Origin: an uncultured Acetatifactor sp.
GTDB taxonomy: Bacteria > Bacillota > Clostridia > Lachnospirales > Lachnospiraceae
DNA: 64,000 bases
Assembly (NCBI GenBank): GCA_964403595.1
Contig: CAYOGM010000001.1
Location: 11,676 to 75,675 of the forward strand
Direction: 5' to 3'
The notes below the pieces were generated by a model that was not told where the DNA came from, ran no database searches, and saw only the letters and a program-made list of their open reading frames with translations. Numbering within the stretch: position 1 is the first letter of the stretch; the number at the start of each line of letters is the position of its first letter. The position numbers were made by a program, and so were the translations under genes. Below, piece after piece: positions 60,181-64,000 of the stretch.

Positions 60181-62340
60181 TTATTCAACCAATCCTGCCG
60201 CATCCAGAATTAATGCAATGCTGCCATCTCCCAGCTGAGTACATCCGGAAAGGCCCTTCACTTTCCTGATATAGTCAGGAATTGGCTTAACAACGATTTC
60301 CTGCTTACCGACCAGTCTGTCCACAAACAGACAGATAATCTTCTGTTCTACCTCCACAAGCACCAGCATTCCGCCTTCCATATCGGACTGGTAATCGCTA
60401 AGCTTGTACCATTCGCCCAGACGAAGTACCGGATAGCACTCACCTCGAATCATTACGAATTCATCACCCTTAGGTTCCTTTATGATTCGATTTTCTCTTA
60501 CACTGACAAATTCCTTTACAATACCGGTCTCTACTACGAAGGAGGACTTGCCTACCTCCATGACTATTCCGTCAATAATTGCAAGTGTCAAAGGAATCTT
60601 CATAATCATGGAGCTTCCTTCTCCGGGAACACTCTCAATCTCAAGACTTCCTCCGATGGACTGCAGGTTGGATACTACAACATCCATTCCCACGCCTCGT
60701 CCGGAGTACTCTGTAACCTTCTCATTGGTGGAGAATCCGGGAAGTGTAATAAACTGGTAAACTTCCTTGTCCGTGTAGGCATTGTCCGGTTTGAACATAT
60801 CCAAAATACCCTGTTTACGGGCCTTAGCCAGAATCTTCTCACGGTTTAAGCCCTTACCGTTATCCTGTACAATAATCCATACCTTACCGGACTCTGTCTT
60901 GGCTGTCAGGGTTATCTTACCCTTCTCCGTCTTACCTGCTGCCTCACGCTCATCCGGCATCTCAATACCATGGTCCACAGAGTTTCTCACCAGATGCATC
61001 AGAGGGTCAGAAATGTGTTCGATAATGTTTTTGTCCACCTCTGTGTGCTCGCCCACCATCTCAAACTCAATATCCTTGCCCAGCTTACGCGATACATCAA
61101 ATACGATACGATTCATCTTCTGGAAGGTATTGGTCAAAGGCACCATTCGCATGCTCATGATAACATTCTGAAGGTCTGTGGCAATCTTGGTCATCTGACC
61201 CGCCGCCTTATTGAAATTATCAAGCTTAAGCCCCGGCACCTTCAAATCCTGATTCTGCAATACCACAGATTCTGCAATAACCAGCTCTCCAATCAAGTCC
61301 ATCAGCATATCCATCTTATATACGTCCACACTGATAAAAGCTGTTTTTTCCTGCTTCTTGACTTTATCCTTCGCCAGTTTCTTACCTTTACCGGGTTCCT
61401 TGGATTCAATGACGAAATCACCGGGAGCAATGGGCTTGCTTTCCGGCTTCTTCTCAGCCGGCTTCGCCGCTTCCTCTGCCTCACCGGCAGCCTTGGCCTC
61501 TATCTCCTCCACACTGGACTCAAGGTCTATCATAATCTCGGTTCCAAAGCTGTCAAAACCTCTTTGGAATTCCTTGGCCGTACATTCGTTAATCTCTACT
61601 TTCTTGAGCTCATAACCTTCTTGAACAAGTTCCTTAAGCTCTTCCTCCGAGACTTGAGTCTGCAGGAGAATCTTAAATCCGTTCTCCATCAGTTCAGCTA
61701 CACTGGAATCGTCTGAAATCAGGTCCTCCGGATAATGCAGTAAATCCTCTGCAATCTCCTTCAGGGAATACACTGTCTTATACGCATGTACATTCGCTAA
61801 CTGCACATCAGGCTGGAAGGTCAGGTAAATTTTGTAGAAATGACTTGCACTGGAAGCCACAGGTGCAATATAGAACTGCATTGGCTCCTCGTACACGTTT
61901 TCTTTAATTACCTTATCCTTTTCTCCTTCCCCGCTTTTGATAGCGTTCAGGAAGGAATCAATCTGCTCTACCAGCTCTGCCGAACTTCCATCTGCCGACT
62001 CACCGTTTTGCAGCTTGTCCATTTCAGCCATGATAAAGTCTGCAACCTGCAAAACATATTCCACCAGCTCTAAATGCGGTACATTTGTGGGTTTGGATTC
62101 TCTCAGATAAAAGAATACATCCTCCAGCTTATGGGATATCTTGGTGATTTCATCGAACATCATAACTCCCGACGAACCCTTTATGGTATGCATCGTTCGG
62201 AAGATTTCATTGATGCTGTCATCGTCAAAACAGTCCTCGTCCTTTTGTTCCAGCACGATTTCCTGAAGCCGTTCCAGCAGCTGACCGTTCTCAAACAGGT
62301 ACATGTCCAGCATCCCCTGTGTATTAAACTCTTCTGCCAT
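60181..62340 (-). CDS. cheA: Chemotaxis histidine kinase CheA
   Basis: IFRTMHTIKGSS (Hpt), HLVRNSVDHGIE, SGRGVGMDVV, C-terminal CheW-like domain. Confidence 0.95.
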   Translation of the reverse strand: MAEEFNTQGMLDMYLFENGQLLERLQEIVLEQKDEDCFDDDSINEIFRTMHTIKGSSGVMMFDEITKISHKLEDVFFYLRESKPTNVPHLELVEYVLQVADFIMAEMDKLQNGESADGSSAELVEQIDSFLNAIKSGEGEKDKVIKENVYEEPMQFYIAPVASSASHFYKIYLTFQPDVQLANVHAYKTVYSLKEIAEDLLHYPEDLISDDSSVAELMENGFKILLQTQVSEEELKELVQEGYELKKVEINECTAKEFQRGFDSFGTEIMIDLESSVEEIEAKAAGEAEEAAKPAEKKPESKPIAPGDFVIESKEPGKGKKLAKDKVKKQEKTAFISVDVYKMDMLMDLIGELVIAESVVLQNQDLKVPGLKLDNFNKAAGQMTKIATDLQNVIMSMRMVPLTNTFQKMNRIVFDVSRKLGKDIEFEMVGEHTEVDKNIIEHISDPLMHLVRNSVDHGIEMPDEREAAGKTEKGKITLTAKTESGKVWIIVQDNGKGLNREKILAKARKQGILDMFKPDNAYTDKEVYQFITLPGFSTNEKVTEYSGRGVGMDVVVSNLQSIGGSLEIESVPGEGSSMIMKIPLTLAIIDGIVMEVGKSSFVVETGIVKEFVSVRENRIIKEPKGDEFVMIRGECYPVLRLGEWYKLSDYQSDMEGGMLVLVEVEQKIICLFVDRLVGKQEIVVKPIPDYIRKVKGLSGCTQLGDGSIALILDAAGLVE

Positions 62341-62390
62341 TTAGCTCTCCTTTCCGGTGAGAATAAAGACTTCCCTCTTCCACCTCTATC

Positions 62391-62783
62391 CTATATCAGA
62401 CCGAATTTCTTCAAAGCCTGTTCAAATCTTTCCTGGTCGATGGGCTTGCCGGAATATACGCTACACCCCAGTTCAAACGCCATCTTAACATTTTTTTCTT
62501 CATTCAATGCCGTCGTCATAATCACCTTGGCCGCCTTCCCGGGAGGAACGTTCCGTTCCTTCTCCAGATTACGGATACCCAAAAGTGCCTGATAACCATC
62601 CATCACCGGCATCATGATGTCCAGACACACCAAATCATACGGCTCTCCATCCTCCAATGCCATCATAAATGCGTCCACCGCTTCCATACCATCCACCGTG
62701 ACATCGCATTCGCCATACTTAGACAAAAATCCTGTCATAAACTTCCTCGTTACGAAATCGTCCTCAGCCAATAATATTTTCAT
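62391..62783 (-). CDS. Single-domain response regulator (CheY-like)
   Basis: ILLAEDD, CLDIMMP, MTTA, KP motifs. Confidence 0.88.
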   Translation of the reverse strand: MKILLAEDDFVTRKFMTGFLSKYGECDVTVDGMEAVDAFMMALEDGEPYDLVCLDIMMPVMDGYQALLGIRNLEKERNVPPGKAAKVIMTTALNEEKNVKMAFELGCSVYSGKPIDQERFEQALKKFGLI

Positions 62784-62802
62784 ATAGGTCTCCTTTCCGT
62801 CA

Positions 62803-63837
62803 CTACATTTTACCCAGCAACATATATGTTCTTTTTGCTATGTCAGTCAACTTATCCTGGTACTCCACAGCCCCAAGTTCATAGGCCACCTTCGGCATTC
62901 CATAGACAATACATGTGGATTCATCCTGACCAATCGTCCGGGCTCCCGCCTTTCTCATGGCAAGCAGCCCCTTAGCACCGTCTCCTCCCATTCCTGTGAG
63001 GATAATGCCCAGCGCTTTGTTACCTGCCACCTCTGCTACAGATTGAAACAACACTTCCACAGAAGGACAATGACCGTTGACCTTCGGCGCCGCACGAAGT
63101 ACTACCTGATAGGTTCCGTTCCGCTTTACAAGATGCATGTGGGAATCTCCGCCGGGGGCGATAAGCACCTGCCCGGGCACCACCAAATCTCCCGACTTAG
63201 CCTCCTTTACGCTGACTTTGCACTGGTCATTCAACCGGTTGGCATACATCGCCGTAAAACCCGGTGGCATATGCTGCACAATCACCGTTCCGGGGATATC
63301 CGGTCCAAAATCCTTTAATACAGTGGCAATGGCTTCCGTACCACCGGTGGAGGCTCCGATTGCCACAATCAAATCGGAATTTTTGCCCTCCGGCAACTGG
63401 GATGGTGCCATAAGCGGAACCTGCTTTCGTCCTCCTACCTTGGCAATAGATGCCACCTTTATCTTTACCAGAAGCTCATTTTTGATGAACAACTCCAATT
63501 GTTCCCTGTTTGCACCTGACGGTTTGGCCACAAAATCCACTGCTCCTGCTCCCAGGGCATCAAACACCTTATCACTCAAGGCACTGATTACCACCACAGG
63601 AAGCGGATGCTGGGGCATCAGCTTCCGCAAAAAATCAATTCCATTCATCTTAGGCAGTTCAATATCCAGTGTCATAACATCCGGCCTGTGCTCTATAATA
63701 GCATCTCTCGCCTCAAACGGATCCTTAGCGGCAGCCACTACCGTAATGGCAGGGTCTGCGCTCAGATTTTGCACCAAAAGTTCTCTAAACACAAGAGAAT
63801 CTTCAACTACCAATACCTTTATCTGACGCATAGTCAT
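62803..63837 (-). CDS. cheB: Chemotaxis protein-glutamate methylesterase CheB
   Basis: N-terminal REC; IGASTGG, VQHMP, LTGMGGDGA. Confidence 0.95.
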   Translation of the reverse strand: MTMRQIKVLVVEDSLVFRELLVQNLSADPAITVVAAAKDPFEARDAIIEHRPDVMTLDIELPKMNGIDFLRKLMPQHPLPVVVISALSDKVFDALGAGAVDFVAKPSGANREQLELFIKNELLVKIKVASIAKVGGRKQVPLMAPSQLPEGKNSDLIVAIGASTGGTEAIATVLKDFGPDIPGTVIVQHMPPGFTAMYANRLNDQCKVSVKEAKSGDLVVPGQVLIAPGGDSHMHLVKRNGTYQVVLRAAPKVNGHCPSVEVLFQSVAEVAGNKALGIILTGMGGDGAKGLLAMRKAGARTIGQDESTCIVYGMPKVAYELGAVEYQDKLTDIAKRTYMLLGKM

Positions 63838-64000
63838 TACTTCCCTTCTGCTTTTCGAAAAACAGATGGCTGAATCATGTCAAAAGGACACTGGCTTTTA
63901 TCCAAAGTCTCTGTCCGGCCTACAAACAGGTAGCCACCGGGCTCCATACAATCATAAACCTTTTCAATCAACTGTTTTCTCGTAGCATTATCAAAATAAA
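63837..64000 (-). CDS. cheR: Chemotaxis methyltransferase CheR, 3' end only (runs off the window)
   Basis: Manual translation YFDNATRKQLIEKVYDCMEPGGYLFVGRTETLDK...RKAEGK*; the TAA overlaps the cheB ATG. Confidence 0.85.
   Translation of the reverse strand, partial: YFDNATRKQLIEKVYDCMEPGGYLFVGRTETLDKSQCPFDMIQPSVFRKAEGK

Overview
This 64 kb window reads like a Clostridia (Lachnospiraceae-like) chromosome, judged from gene content only. Almost all genes are on the minus strand. From right to left it contains: (i) a chemosensory operon (partial cheR, cheB, CheY-like regulator, cheA, cheW, MCP) followed by two hybrid histidine kinases, one fused to a C-terminal DegV-like domain; (ii) three large secreted Ig-like surface proteins, the largest (~3,500 codons) split by a single in-frame TAA; (iii) a visibly AT-richer ~30 kb cell-surface glycan locus with GT2/GT4 enzymes, Ugd, a flippase, a GT2-GtrA fusion and five GT-C-like membrane proteins. 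The glycan locus also holds an FkbH/transketolase/MaoC/ACP/SDR/MBOAT/SGNH/thioesterase module that probably builds an ACP-bound small acyl group (glyceryl or lactyl) for the glycan. Embedded near its distal end is a two-gene cassette: a small unknown protein plus a 922-aa fusion of a SAMHD1-like HD dNTPase domain and a PRTase-like domain. This cassette is the best candidate for an undescribed nucleotide-targeting anti-phage system. Two Rpn-family (PD-(D/E)XK) nuclease genes each carry a strong in-frame internal RBS+ATG that would make a small C-terminal product, a predicted antitoxin. No rRNA, tRNA or CRISPR array was recognised. All family assignments come from motif recognition by eye; no database searches were run.
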